Below, one piece after another: positions 29,690-46,986 of a DNA stretch of 64,000 bases. Both the position numbers and the translations under genes were made by a program. Position 1 is the stretch's first letter; every line of letters begins with the position of its first letter. The stretch lies in NCBI RefSeq assembly GCF_009914755.1, contig NC_060936.1; one strand, written 5' to 3'. This DNA is from the human T2T-CHM13v2.0 reference genome, Homo sapiens. The notes under the pieces are model-generated. The model made no database searches and was not told the origin of the DNA. It was given only the letters and a program-made list of their open reading frames with translations.

Positions 29690-30060
29690 GTGTTTATTCT
29701 CCAGTTTTTTAAAAAGTAGTTTTACCCTGTATGTGTATATTCCTTTATTTAGATATGCATGGTTTTGAGCTTTATAAAAATGTTATTGATCTCTATGAAG
29801 CCTCCTGTCATTTGCTTTTTAAAACTCAATATAATGTTTTAAAAAGTTATCTTTGTTGTAGTATGTAGCTCTGTTTTATTCATTTGTACTGCTGTATAAC
29901 ATTCTACAATATGACTCACAATATCAAAAAATGGTGTGGATTCATGGAGTTTCTTATGTATTGCTGGTATGAGGATAAGTTGGTATAAAACTTTGAAGAA
30001 CAACTTGGCATTCACTTCTAAAGCCATTTCTGCAGTTCCATTCCTAGGCATAGATCCTGT
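29690..30060. mobile_element. Ancient L1M 3' region: antisense segment (29690-29920) joined to a sense segment (29925-30060)
   Basis: Antisense CTCAATATAATGTTTT...TTCATTTGTACTGCTGTATAACATTC; sense ATTGCTGGTATGAGGATAAGTTGGTATAAAACTTTGAAGAAC...CCATTCCTAGGCATA. Confidence 0.65.
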
Positions 30061-30414
30061 ATCTAGAGTTATCAATCTGAATTATAAATTTTGTAAAATT
30101 ATTCACAAAAGCACTTATTTTGTAAGTGTAGTGTAGAATGTTAGATGTATGACCTATAATTAATTCCATTAATCCTCAAATAAAACTGTGGAATCATTTT
30201 CCTTTCAAACAGCAGTTTAAATTCAAACTGTATTACCATTAGCATAAGAATAGCTTTTAACAATAATTAAAATCCTAATGGTATCATGAAATAATTTTAG
30301 TTTAGTTATCCTTTTGATGTAAATATTTATCCAGTGGGAGAACCTGATTTGTTAAACATTTTATATGAATTTGATTTGAGAAATGCACAGCACCATATAA
30401 ATATATCACTGTAG

Positions 30415-30650
30415 GAGGCAGTGTAGCCATAAGGAAAACATACCGGATTGAGTGTCAAGAACTGGTGTCTGTATGGTGCTGTACTGCACAAGCTTCATAT
30501 GACCTTAATTTCCGAGCATCAGTTTCATCATTGGTTAAAAAAAAAGAGATGACAGTATCAGACTTGCCTCACGGCTGTCTGCCAATTAAGTGAATTAGAA
30601 AATTATTTTCAATTATATAGTGCTGGGCAAGGTGAATGATTGCTATTACT
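30415..30650 (+). mobile_element. MIR
   Basis: GAGGCAGTGTAG...GAGCATCAGTTTCATCATTGGTTAAAA. Confidence 0.6.
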
Positions 30651-32082
30651 GTTGTCATCACTGTTGTTTGAAGCACTGTGCTTTGGGAAGCAAATCTGGT
30701 TCACATCTTTTGAACATTTAAATGAAGAGAATGTGTCTCAGTGCTCTAGTGTGTATTAAAACAGCCTTTTAACAAGAATGTTTTGAACCCTGCCCAATAC
30801 CTGCACATGCTTTTGTTAATACTTCATTACATAAAATGACCAAGAAGCTGTCATAAGAATTTAAAGGAACATTTACCCTCATCTTTAAAATGTATCTTAA
30901 AAGAGAGATAAGATTCTAATTACAAATTTTGAACAGTTTATTTTCTCTCTATGAAAAATTTCCAAGAATGATACAAAAGCACTTTTATGTGAAGAGGATA
31001 CACTGGAACATTGAGGTCTTGATCTCATTTTAGTAACTCTCTGATGTGATTAATTCATAAGCACTGAGTTGTAGCTCATTCCTTCTGGCAAAATTCCAGC
31101 ACTTGATTGTTACCTTATAAACTTTTAATAAGAGTAATTTTAAAAACTGCACTTGACTCTTGCTTTATGAAAAGCTGGAAATGTAAAAAGTTAAAAATGC
31201 TTGACAATTTTTCTGAGCTCTAGTCAGAAACAGTGGCTATGCCCTTTTATAGATGACAGCCCAAAGGCGAGTTTGTAAAACGATAAATAAATTGTAAAGA
31301 TCTATCGAGTGGCAACTTGGATGGTTTAATGCCTATGGGTTAGAAACCCAGGAGTTAATGTTTAAAGTGATTTGGATAAATGTGAACATGTTTAAATCTT
31401 TAGTATTATTCCTTTAAGCCAAATGTGAACGATAGTTATTTTGACAAAGTTTGGGTTACCTCGATAGCCTGATTTTTACAGAAGTACCGTGTATCTCAAA
31501 TTGTTAACTGATGAATGGGTGGTGCTGCTGGATTATTTCCTGTGTTTTGTGTTTTTCTTAGTTTTAATTTCTTTGTTATTCAAGTTATACTATCACCTCG
31601 TCCAAAGTTGGGTCTCAGGATTAGATTAATAAACTAACCAAGTAAATTTGGGAAGTATGACTAACTTACATAAAGAAAATAATTGGGGTTTTTTTTTGTA
31701 TTATTATTTTAAAATATGTAATCAGCACTTTTGAGAAGCTCTCATTTTGTTGAATCTCTAGGCAGACCTTTGTGGTTAAGCATCATCCTGGAAATTTTTT
31801 CTGACAGTCATTTGACCAGGTCTTTCTGTTTATACTCAGTGTCAAAACAACAACAACAAAAATGCGTATGTATCCTCAGGTTTTTATTCAATGAATTATA
31901 TTTTCTTAGTTTTAGGAGAATATTAAATTGTCTACTAAAATTATGCTTATTTGGCTTGCACTGTGCCCAGGGTTTTTTTTTTTTTTTTTTTTTTTCTCGA
32001 AAGCTGTCAGTGGCAGATTTGTAGTTAGAAGGTAAGCATTTCTCCAGAGAAAGAGACATTTTAGCTTGAGAATGCAGTAAAG

Positions 32083-32610
32083 CAGGGGTCCCTAACCCCC
32101 AGGTCATGGACCAGTATGGGTCCATGGCCTGTTAGAAACTGGGCCACACAGCAGGAGGTGAATGGCAGGTGAGCCAGCGAAACTTCATCTGTATTTACAG
32201 CCACTCACCATTGCTGGTATTGCCCCCTGAGCTCCACTTCCTGTGAGATCAGTGGTGGCATTAGATTCTCATAGGGCGCAAACCCTGCTGTGAACTGCGC
32301 ATGTGAGGGATCTAGGTTTCATACTTGTTATGAAAATCTAATGCCTGATCATCTGTCATTGTCTCCCCTCACCCCCAGATGGAACCATCTAGTTGCAGGA
32401 AAACAAGCTCAGGACTCAGGACTCCCACTGATTATACATTATGGTGAATTGTATAATTATTTTATTATATATTATAATGTAATAATAATAAAGTACACAA
32501 TATATGTAATGCACTTGAATCATCCTGAAACCATCCCGTGCTCCCAAGCTTGTGGAAAAATTGTCTCCCATGAAACTGGTCCCTTGTACCAAAAAGGTTG
32601 GGGACTGCTG
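32083..32610 (+). mobile_element. MER1A (hAT-Charlie), full length
   Basis: TIRs CAGGGGTCCCTAACC / GGTTGGGGACTGCTG; 528 bp; 8-bp TSD CAGTAAAG/CAGTAGAG; a MIR follows. Confidence 0.92.
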
Positions 32611-33367
32611 CAGTAGAGAAAACAGTAAGGAGTGTGGGGTTTAGTCTCAGATTTCAGTTTTTATTCTTGCTACTCAGGAGCAGTGTGATCTTGATCAAGT
32701 TTGTTAGCTTCTGAGTCTGCATTTTCTCACTCTGAAACAACAAAGTACCTTTTTCATTGGACTAAATGTTAAAGGAGATATGGATATAACATGCGTTATT
32801 ACCATTCAGCCTGGTATGTTATGATGTTTACTAATGGTTTGTTCTTAAGAGACTTGTGGCTGGTCAGATAAGAGAAACTGCAGAGCAATGAGGGTGGGGA
32901 TGAGTACAGTGTCAGTTGGGATGGAGATGGCTCATCAGGGAGACTCATACAATTCACACCCGTGGCCATCCAGTCCTCACAGATTCAAGCGAGTATTCGC
33001 TTAAATTCCTGTCCCACATGTGGTGGGATTCTCTATGGCCTTACCATCTATAGGGGTGCACACAAAACTCACATTTCTCTTAGCCACTGCCTACTACAAG
33101 TTTTTGCTGAGGTCTTGATCACTCTTACACTTTGTATCTCCTCCTTATGGTGTCTCTTTTCCACCCCGGAACCCTGCTTGGCAGAAGTGACCTCTTTATT
33201 TCCAGGAGTCCCATTAATGCTAGTGCTGTGTACCCAGATTTCATGAAGGTTTTCTGTCAGTGAAGGGTTTGCAGTGCAACCCAGCAACAACTTTAAACAG
33301 ACCCTTAGAAATCTCATCTTCTTACAGCCGCTTAGCTATTGCTACTCTGGAAAATATTCATTGACTG

Positions 33368-33498
33368 TTTCTCTTTCTCTCTTTCTTTCTTTCTTTCTCT
33401 CTCTCTCTTTCTTTCTTTCTTTTTCTTTTTCTTTCTCTTTCCTTTCTTCCTTCCTTCTTTCTTTCCTTTCCTTTCCCTTTCCTTTTTTTTTTTTTTTT
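33368..33498 (+). repeat. 131-nt uninterrupted pyrimidine (CT/TTTC/TTCC) microsatellite derived from an Alu tail
   Basis: No purine from 33368 to 33498; starts within the left TSD copy GACTGTTTC (33363; right copy 33780). Confidence 0.92.
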
Positions 33499-33779
33499 TG
33501 GCCAAGTCACGCTCTGTTGCCCAGGCTGGGGTGCAGTGGTGCGATCTCAGCTCACTGCAACCTCCGCCTCCTGGGTTCAAGTGATTCTCCTGCCTCAGCC
33601 TCCTGAGTAACTGGAATTACAGGCACATGCCACCAAGCAAGGCTAATTTTTGTATTTTTTTAGTAGAGATGGGGTTTCACCATGTTAGCCAGGCTGGTCT
33701 CAAACTCCTGAACTCGTGATCCACCCACCTCGGCCTCCCAAAGTGCTGGGATTACAGGTGTGAGCCACCACGCGTGGCC
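33499..33779 (-). mobile_element. AluS
   Basis: Full antisense dimer body. Confidence 0.93.
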
Positions 33780-34457
33780 GACTGTTTCCTTCTACTCTAT
33801 CTGGAACCAGTTTTCTGGCACATTGCTGGGCATCATGTCTCCTCCTTAACTCACTCATCCCCTACCCCTCCAATGCTCGTGCAGTTCTACTGTAGAGCCA
33901 TTTATGTGTCTTTTCCCAATGCATCCTGTCGTTTACCGTGTACATAATGCCAGCCTTGCCACCAAACAATTCTCTTCCTGAGAGGAATGCCGTGGCCGCT
34001 TAACCTCTTTTTCCACCTCCCTGTTATTCAAGTTATTTCCTTTGATGATATTTTAGAGATAGAATATAAGAGATAAAGAAGAGAGAGTCAGCTGGGTGCA
34101 GTGGCTATTGTCAATCCTGTCATAAAAGAGAATGCAAACGGTACCAGTAATTTATAAAAAAATGAGTAGAGAAATATGTAAACATAAAAGGAAACATAAT
34201 ATGCCAAATAAAAACACAGGGAGAATGGTGATCAAAGGAAATAAAATTGAGTAAATACTGTGAATTTTAAAAGTGGATATCAATGTACTTTTTCTTATAA
34301 AAACAAATTAATGAATAGGAAAATACATGTTTATGTTTTTTAAAAATTTAAGGTAGATATTAGTGGAACAAAAAAAAGATGGATTCCTCTCAAATAACTT
34401 AAAAAAGGAAAAATCCATCAAAAGCATAAAACTATGTGAGAGAATATATATGGGTAG

Positions 34458-34516
34458 TGTATTAGTCCATTTTCATACTGCTATGAAGAAACACCCGAGA
34501 CTGGGTAATTTATAAA
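34458..34516 (-). mobile_element. THE1/MST LTR 3'-end stub (59 bp)
   Basis: TGTATTAGTCCATTTTCATACTGCTATGAAGAAACACCCGAGACTGGGTAATTTATAAA. Confidence 0.8.
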
Positions 34517-34619
34517 TAATTAGTTAATTAATTTTTTAAAGATGTGACAATATTTTGTGCCAAGTAGTATAATAGTTAGTTTTTTTAAATGTGACTATAT
34601 TTTATGCCAAGTAATATTG

Positions 34620-35610
34620 AGACACAAATTTAAAATAAAATGCTTTCATCCCTAAACACTGTAAAGCAGACAAAGTTAAACAGATATTCAAGCATAGAAG
34701 CTAGAAAAAAAAACAAGAAAAAAATAATTAAGATATAAAATCTGAGCCACAAACTGAATAGAAGACAGAAAGACAGAAAGTAAATGGTAGAACTAACAGA
34801 TTAGTACATCCAAGAAAAAGTGTTACAAAAAATAGAACCCTCTAGATCAGTTCTCAAAATTTCCTGTACTGAAAGGTCACTTAGGGGAATTATTAAAATG
34901 TGCTGACCCAAGTGGGGAGAGTGCTATCCAGGACTGTCCACTTAAAACCAACCACCCCAGTGATTGTGATGCCTACAGCCTGACAACAATAACCCTTTGA
35001 AAACTTGAGAAAATGTTTCATACCCAGCTCTGGTCTTTTAAAGAGAAGTAAATAAACTGAAGAACTTGATAATAAAAGAAGACACAGACAAAAATATGTC
35101 AAAGGCTTTTCAAGTTATAAGAAAACATTGTCCACTGTTTTATCCTAATAAATTCTAACCACTCAAAGATATGAATGACTCTCCAAAGAAAAAGAAAAAC
35201 GTGACTTAAGAAGGAAAATAAAGCTAAACAGATCAATAGCCACAAAAACAATAGAAAGTTGTCAATGAAGTACCTTTTAAAGAGAACCAAGCTAATATGG
35301 TTACATAGATAAATTCGCAGAAACCCAAGGGACAAATACTCCTGTCATGGAAAATGTTTCAGAGAACGTAATAGCTTCTCAAATCATTTTATGATGCTAG
35401 CATAATCCTGAAAAATACAGCTTAAAAAAAGAAAACCACAGCCCAATCTCACTCATGAATACAGGTACAAAAATAAACTACTTGCAAGAAGACTCTAGGT
35501 GAATATTAATATATCATACTGTATTTATGTTGGTTTTATTCTCTGGTGCAATATTCATTTAGTTATAGGAAAATTATTAGCATAATTCTTTACATCAATA
35601 TGGGAAAGCA
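34620..35610 (+). mobile_element. Ancient L1M ORF2 region with a MER5-like insertion at about 34848-35005
   Basis: A-rich; GAAAACCACAGCCCAATCTCACTCATGAATACAGGTACAAAA encodes ENHSPISLMNTGTK, a decayed ENYRPISLMNIDAK RT motif. Confidence 0.7.
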
Positions 35611-35658
35611 GAAAACATGGGTAACTATACAGATATACATATACACACACATACACAC

Positions 35659-35948
35659 TTTTTTTTGAGATGGAGTCTCATTGTGTCACTCAGGCTGGAG
35701 TGCAGTGGCACAATCTCGGGTCACTGCAACCTCCGCCTCCCGGGTTCAAGCTATTCTTCTGCCTCAACCTCTAGAGTAGCTGAGATTACAGGCATGCACC
35801 ACCACACCCAGATAATTTTTGTATTTTTGGTAGAGACAGGGTCTCGCTATGTTGGCCAGGCTTGTCTTGAACTCCTGACCTCAGGTAATCCACCTGCTTT
35901 GGCCTCCCAAAGTGCTGGGATTACAGGTGTGAGCCACCATGCCTGGCC
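35659..35948 (-). mobile_element. AluS
   Basis: Full antisense dimer; ACACTTTTT repeated on both flanks. Confidence 0.93.
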
Positions 35949-36120
35949 TATACACTTTTTTTTAATGGAGGCTTTCTGTTAAAGTCAGCAGAGAGTGAAA
36001 ACATGACTTTGCCTCTGCTCTCTCACAAAATCCAACAGATATATCAATGGAGGGATCTTTTACAGGAGCATAAATGCTTAAAGATACTTTATTAAAAGAC
36101 CACATTTTGCCCTTAAGCTC

Positions 36121-36748
36121 TGTCAATCGAGAAAAATGATGAGACAAGTCTCAATCATTTTAGGAGGTTTATTTGCCAAAGTTAAGGACACCACGCCGGG
36201 GAGACAGGTCTACGCCTTTCTCCGAAGATGATTTTGAGGGCTCCAATTTTAAAGGGGAAAGGGTGAGATATTTAAAAGTACACAATTTTCATGTAAGAGG
36301 GGTTAGGGAAAAATACTCATTCATGCCTTTGGCTCAGTGAATCTGCATTTTTTTTTTTTTTAACATAAGATGACATAGACAAATAGGGCAGAGGAAAAAT
36401 GCAGGGAATCTGCATTTTACATAAGACAACACAGACAAAACAGGGCAGGGGAACAATCAGATACTCATTTGTGTCTGGTGGGCGGGGGGGTGACTGCACC
36501 TGTAAAGGTAAGCTATCAATTTACATTGCCATGGTGAAATTTTAACAGAAACACCTTAAAGATCTTGCAGCTCACTAGGCATTTCCTTGTGGGCAAAATA
36601 TGGGGGAGGCATGTAGCTTTTAATCTTGCAGCCACATTATTTAGGAACCAAAAATGGGGAGGCAGGTTTGCGCGACCCAGTTCTCGAGCTTGACATTTCC
36701 CTTTGGCTTAATGAGTTTGGGGGTCCCAAGATTTAATTTCCTTTCATA
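36121..36748 (-). mobile_element. ERV1 solo LTR (MER4A-like)
   Basis: Reverse complement begins T(A)TGAAAGGAAATTAAATCTTGGGACCCCCAAACTCATTAAGCCAAAGGG and ends ...TTGACA. Confidence 0.85.
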
Positions 36749-36901
36749 TTTCAAAGCACCTTTCTATATGATATTACTCAATCATCCATTCAATAAATAT
36801 GTATCAAGTGTTTAGTCTATGTCAGATAGTATGTTGGGTGTTCTCAATTTCTCTCCTTCCCCCAAACAGACTAATGACTCCCTAAAAACAGGTGCCTTGC
36901 T

Positions 36902-37274
<373 letters not shown>

Positions 37275-38286
37275 TCACCCAGTCATATCACTGGGGCTCA
37301 AAAAGTATTTGTCAGAAAAAGAAAAGAAGAAAAGGAATGAAGAATCTATGTATTAAAAGATAATACTTTTTAAAAGGGGCTGGGGATAGATGATCAAACA
37401 AGAGTTTTCATTGGAAACACTGAAAAATGTTCATGAACTCAGTGGGTTTCAACATCATTATTTCTGACCATACCCGGCTTCTTTGGGGTGAGGCCCAAAA
37501 CGTGTATTGCCATTTTAAGCCAAGGTAAAACAGGTTCCAGTCCTGGCCCGGGCTCTGCTGGTCTAGGATCCCATGACAGTTTCACAGTTAAAAGACTGCT
37601 TTGGATCCTAAAGGCTTGGAAGTTTCTCTGTGTCTGGGCTTTCAGTGCTAATGCTTAAAAAGCTCCAAATTTCTACCTATGTTCAATATCACCTCAGGGC
37701 AGAGTATGCTTCAAATTTTACTTGGCCCTCTCCTTCTCGCTTTGGGCTATGCACTTTCCACTGTAGGCTTCCTGGAACATAGCAAAGGCATACTCTTATC
37801 TGTGACTACATTCTTCCATTCCTAGGGAGAATTCCAATGAGCTAAGTTACTGTGTCTCTCCCAGGTTCCTGTTTTTCATCAACTAAATGCCCCAAAGAAA
37901 GAAAATGGTATTGACTAAGGGTCTCCCCTGAAATGATCCTTCCCAAAGCCTGGAAGAGTTGACAAACATCTGCCTGATGATTGATCACTAGGCACACTGT
38001 TTTGTCTTAGCTTCTTCACTTCACTTCCTCTTTCTTAGAGGAATCACAATTAATAACAAATGGGTTTTATCTGCCCTTCCATAGTTGCATTTTTTAGCCT
38101 ACATCTTATGAAGATGATTATTCTAGATCAAGTCCGACGAAAATGCCAAATATGGCAGAGATTCCAAATATTCAGATTACTGTCCCTGTATACCATGTCA
38201 GTCTCCTTGAATAAAAATCCCACTTACATTGTAGGCAATACTATTCTTCTAGTCTCTCAATCTAGAAATTCTGGTATCATTGTTGA

Positions 38287-40290
<2,004 letters not shown>

Positions 40291-40669
40291 TTTTTTCAGT
40301 TAAGGCAGAACCAAGTGAGAGGGAGATACAAGAATGATGGGGATCACACACTGCTTAATTATGATAAAGCTGTTTTGACTGTGGCAAGATTGTGACAATT
40401 GAGCATGCTAATGCTTTTTCCTTAATGAGGCTTCCACACCCAGTCATAAGCAGTGTGGCTGCAGTCCTCTCCCAAAGAGAGAGCCTGTCTAGCTGCTATG
40501 TGGCCAAGACAGCATACCAAAACACACACTGTCTGCAGGCAAGCAAATCCCAAAGAGCTTCAGGGGCTAAGCCATATGCCTAGCTCAAGCCCCAGCTCAC
40601 AAATCTAGTATGTCTCTCCTTTTCCCTCAGGCGCATCAATTCAGTGGCCACGAGAATCTAGCAATATTA

Positions 40670-41068
<399 letters not shown>

Positions 41069-41097
41069 TTATCTTGTCTAATGTTTCTGGAGCATAA

Positions 41098-41461
<364 letters not shown>

Positions 41462-42164
41462 TAATATAGTTCTCTCATCCCTGAAAAACCAAGATGCCTA
41501 TATTCTAAGTTACTTTTTATTGAAAATGATATATTTTACCTTAAGTATAAAATTCTACTACGAGAGTTTAATTTGTGTGTGGGTGCGAATTCCCATAGAA
41601 TTTAAGTGTCCTTGAGTGATTTATTATGTTACCCTTTATAAAATGTATAACTGCAAGTCAAACTGTGACTTTTACTTGAGTTTGCCTAGGAAACGATAAG
41701 CCTTCTAATCTGTGAATTTAGTATCCCATTTAATATAATATGACTGTGGTATATGGTTAGACAATTAAATTTCATAGACATATGCATTTGATGATTCAAT
41801 TTGCTTCTGGTCATTCTGAGTCTATTGTTTATAAGAGTATATCAAAGATTTAGGGTTTCAGATTTTCAAATATGTTTTACTCTATTGCAGAAAATTAGAA
41901 GAACTGAGCACTCTATTTTATAGTTCAGTAGGATTTTTCCATCTATTTAAAGGTTCAGTAACTTTCTTAGATAGAATTTAGTATGCCTAAGAAGATGCGT
42001 TGATTCTCAGAGCAAGTTAAATAGACTCAACCACTGACCTTACCCTGAGTCATCCCTCAGGTAATTTTATCTTTCATTTGTGTGAGAAAAACCAGGGGGA
42101 AGATTGATTTGTCCCGAGCACTTAATCTAAATGAGCCTATAACTCTTTTATCACATAGCTCTAC

Positions 42165-42280
42165 TTTATTTTATTGTTTGAATACAGGGTCTCCCTGTGT
42201 TGCCCAGGCCAGACAGGAACTTCTGGGCTCAAGTAGTCCTCCTTCTTCAGCCTCTGGAGTTGCTCGGATTACACGGTGTA
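42165..42280 (-). mobile_element. FLAM-like Alu monomer
   Basis: CAGGGTCTCCCTGTGTTGCCCAGGC...CTGGGCTCAAGTAGTCCTCC. Confidence 0.75.
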
Positions 42281-42436
42281 CTTAAAGTATAACCTTTATG
42301 ACTATCTAAAATTATCTTATTAGTTGTTTCCTTGCTTATTATCTATTTGCCCTATCAAAACTAAGTTCTCACAGAGCAAGTACCAAATGTCTCGATCACC
42401 AAAATATTCCTAGCTAGGAACACAGTAAAGAGTTGT

Positions 42437-42735
42437 TGCGGGGTGCAGTGGCTCACGCCTCTAATTCCAGCACTTTGGGAGGCTGAGGTGGGCGGATCAC
42501 GAGGTCAGGAATTTGAGACCAGTCTCACCAACATGATGAAACCCTGTCTCTACTAAAAATACAAAAATTAGCCAGGCATGGTGGCACTCATCTGTAATGC
42601 CAGCTACTCAGGAGGCTGAGGCAGGAGAATTGTTTGAACCTTGGAGGCAGAGATTGCAGTGAGCCGAGATCACGCCACTGCACTTCAGCCTGGGCGACAG
42701 AGCAAGACTCTGTCTCAAAAAAAAAAAAAAAAAAA
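42437..42735 (+). mobile_element. AluS (Sg-like)
   Basis: GATCACGAGGTCAGGA; AGTTGT repeated on both flanks. Confidence 0.93.
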
Positions 42736-43892
42736 GTTGTCGAATGCAAGCGAGTTTGCCTAGAGCCCTTATCCATTTGGGCAGAGGTCAGAAATCAGTA
42801 CCTTGCAGTATCTTACCAGAAAGCATTTGTTTGATACCTTCAGTATCTTTTTTGGTCTTTCAATTAAATAAGTGAAACATTTATAAATTGTGTTTTAAAT
42901 AATCACCTGAGATTCTGACTTCCCTTGAAAACTTAAGGCCTTATTACCATGTGGCACCATCAGCAGGAAGTAGATAATGCTGTCACTTATCAATTAGATG
43001 GGCCCCAGTTTTTTGTGTGTGTTTTTTTAACTGCTTAGTCACTGAAAGCTTTTGATTTGGTACCCTTGCTTTCAAACCAGTCCTTAATTTTATTATAACC
43101 AAGAATAAATAATGGTATAACTAGATGCAATGCTTTTAAATTTGATAACTGTAATGTAAATTATATTGATATATGCATCAAAGATAAGTAATTCAGTAGG
43201 ACAGAAAGGTTATGCATAAATAACTAATGAACAATAGAAAGTGATAAGTGCTATTTTAGTAGAATTCCATTTAACTTATATGAATTTAAATATCTAGGAT
43301 GTGTACCAAAGGGGTGGGGAGGGGAAGTAGGTAGGAAAGGAAGTAGGTAGATAGGAAGGAAAGTAGGTAATCAAGAAAGGAAAACAGTAGTGAGGGAGAC
43401 AGGTGCCATTATATGGGTTCTGTCTATACCATGCCATATTTGCACTAGAATATGGGCAAATCAATCTTCTATTCTCGCAGATTGTCTCATTAACCTTGTT
43501 CGTCTCATAGTAACAACATCTCCCTCTGCTGCTGTCAATTGGATATTTAGATGTGTGTGTGTATGTTTTTTTCTTGCACCATGGCGCTTAACTGTAAATT
43601 TCCTGCTGCATTTGTTGTTTAACTGAATGAACAGGAATTTGTTTCCAGCTTGGGAGAAAAATGGGCTAGACTTAAGAGTTACTGTTTATCTTGATAAGGG
43701 GTTCCAGACAGTTATCTTGGCTAGACCAAAAGTTTGCCTTGCATGCTGAGCCAACTTCATGCATTTTATCTATGTGTACATTTAAATTGCTGTGGCATAC
43801 CAGAAGAAAAGGTTTTAACTTTTAAGCTGCAGGATCTGGGACTGCTTTATAGAGGAGACAGCATTTTCAGTGGAGTCTTGAAAGACTGTGGA

Positions 43893-44088
43893 AGTACTGT
43901 TTTATCTAATGTTGTAGCCAGTAGCCACATGTGACAATTAAAATTAATTAAAATTTTTTTTTATAATTCTATCTTCACTTACACTAACTACATTTCAAGA
44001 ACCCAGTCAACTCTTGTGAGTAGTGGCTACCAGTTTGGAAACTGTAAAACATTTCCATCATTGCAGAAAGTTCTCCTGAAAGCGTTAG
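43893..44088. mobile_element. MER3-like hAT-Charlie element
   Basis: GTAGCCAGTAGCCACATGTG...AGTGGCTACC...CATTTCCATCATTGCAGAAAGTTCT. Confidence 0.75.
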
Positions 44089-44959
44089 TAGACATAGTAG
44101 TCTGCATCACAGCAGCAGGTAGAAAAAATGTTGGTTTCTGTAAAGGGGAGTAGTGAGTAGTTAACTTCTTAGAGTTAATTATCCCTGTCTCTCTTCCTGG
44201 TCCATGTTCCACCCCCTGAAATAAATTTAATTCTTTTTTTTCCCCTGGAACCAAAAGCTAAGCCAAATAATGCTACTTTCCCAAGAAAATTCTGTAATTT
44301 TACACCTATTTAAATTCTACGTTGGGTGCTTTTTTTCGCTAATGATCTGTGGAAATTATTTTGGTGTTGACACAAATGGGAAAGTAGTGTCGGAGTGGGG
44401 GGAGACAGCTCTCTTTCCTAGGTATAAATGAAAAAAGGATAATTATTAATTACTTTAGAAAATTGTCTTTCTACTTCCTTATTTTCAAAGGTTTGAAAGG
44501 TATTTTTTGTTTGTGTTTAAATATAGTTTGGTATTGTCATGAATATGTAGTTTACAGTTTTTCTTCATAAAATTTATATGCCATGTTGGTTTTTTGATGG
44601 AAAATGGATCCCAAGTGAAAATGTTATATGTTGCTTTGCTGCTTCTAAACTTTCTCCCACCACTCTTCTTCTCACTGTTATTCCTGAGTTAGTTATATTG
44701 GTTGTCACCAGTGACTACAGCTTCTATGTCTTTTTGGCAGTTTGAGAGTCTTGTTTCAAATTGTATATAGTCAAAAGCTTGACAGTGATTTATTACTACT
44801 CAACCTAATGTTCTTTTGATTGTATTGCAGTTTGTGATAAAATGTGTTTGTGATAAATAATTAATATTACTCAGACTGTTGGAGTTGCCTAGGTAGTGGT
44901 TTGTGTCCTGAGGACTAAAGAAAATTTGTCTAGAATGTAATTCATCCACAGCAAAATGA

Positions 44960-45307
<348 letters not shown>

Positions 45308-45647
45308 TAAAGTGACTCCAGGAGCCCTTCCCCAACCATTTTCTTAACCTTTTATTTTTTTCTTTTTTCTTTTAATTCTGGCAGTCCAGAGATGAGAATT
45401 TTAGGGAAGATTTTTCTGTGTTGGAATGAAAATAATAATCCCTCATTGTGGTATAAGCTATGTATATGTATTTTTAAAATGTAATAATTTGATGTAGTTT
45501 AGAATTGATATTGCCCTGCCAATGGTTAGGAAGAATACTCATCCCAAGATATTTTAACTTTTTTTCCTCTATTATTTAAGAAATGAAGAACAATGAAGAG
45601 AAATAAAGAAAAGCTAATTTATTCAGCAGTTTACAGGTTGATGCTGT

Positions 45648-45781
45648 TATATATGTGTGTGTATACATATGTATACATATACGCACATATATACACACAT
45701 GTGTATATATGTACACGTGTACACAAATGTATATGTGTATATATGTGTATGTGTGTGTATATGTGTGTATGTATATATATG
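45648..45781. repeat. Compound (TA/CA/TG)n alternating purine-pyrimidine tract
   Basis: 134 nt of RY alternation with a single break at 45726. Confidence 0.9.
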
Positions 45782-45782
45782 G

Positions 45783-46511
<729 letters not shown>

Positions 46512-46678
46512 GATCAACTAATTGTGAGTCTTGCCATTGGTAAGACACCAAAATGTCATTAGTAAACCAGGGTTTATTTTACTATTAGTAACACAATTTA
46601 ACCACAATGAAAAAAATTAAAGCAGGGGCTCCTTACTTTTTAGGTCCTTTGTGAAATAAAGATAGAAACAAGATTCCC

Positions 46679-46986
46679 GGCCAAGCACAATGACTCACAC
46701 CTGTAATCCCTGCACTTGGAGACCGAGGCAGAAGGATTGCTTGAGCCTAGGAGTTTGAGACCGGCCTGGACAACACAGCAAGACCTGGTCTTTATAAAAA
46801 ATTAAAAAAAATACCCAGGCATGGTGGTGTGTGCCTCTGGCCTCAGCTATTCGGGAGGCTAAGGTGGGAGGATTGTCTGAGCCTGGGAGATTGAGGCTGC
46901 ATTGAACTATGATTGCACCACTGTACACCAGCCTGGGCAACAGAGTGAGACCCTGTCTCCAGGGGGGCGGGCGGGGAGAGAAAAAG
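46679..46986 (+). mobile_element. AluJ with a G-rich tail
   Basis: J diagnostics; TSD AGAAACAAGATT(C/T)CC at 46664/46987. Confidence 0.9.

Noticed and set aside
43311-43370. Purine-rich G-run tract as a G-quadruplex
   Set aside because: Only three runs of three or more G; otherwise degenerate AAGTAGGTAG low-complexity sequence
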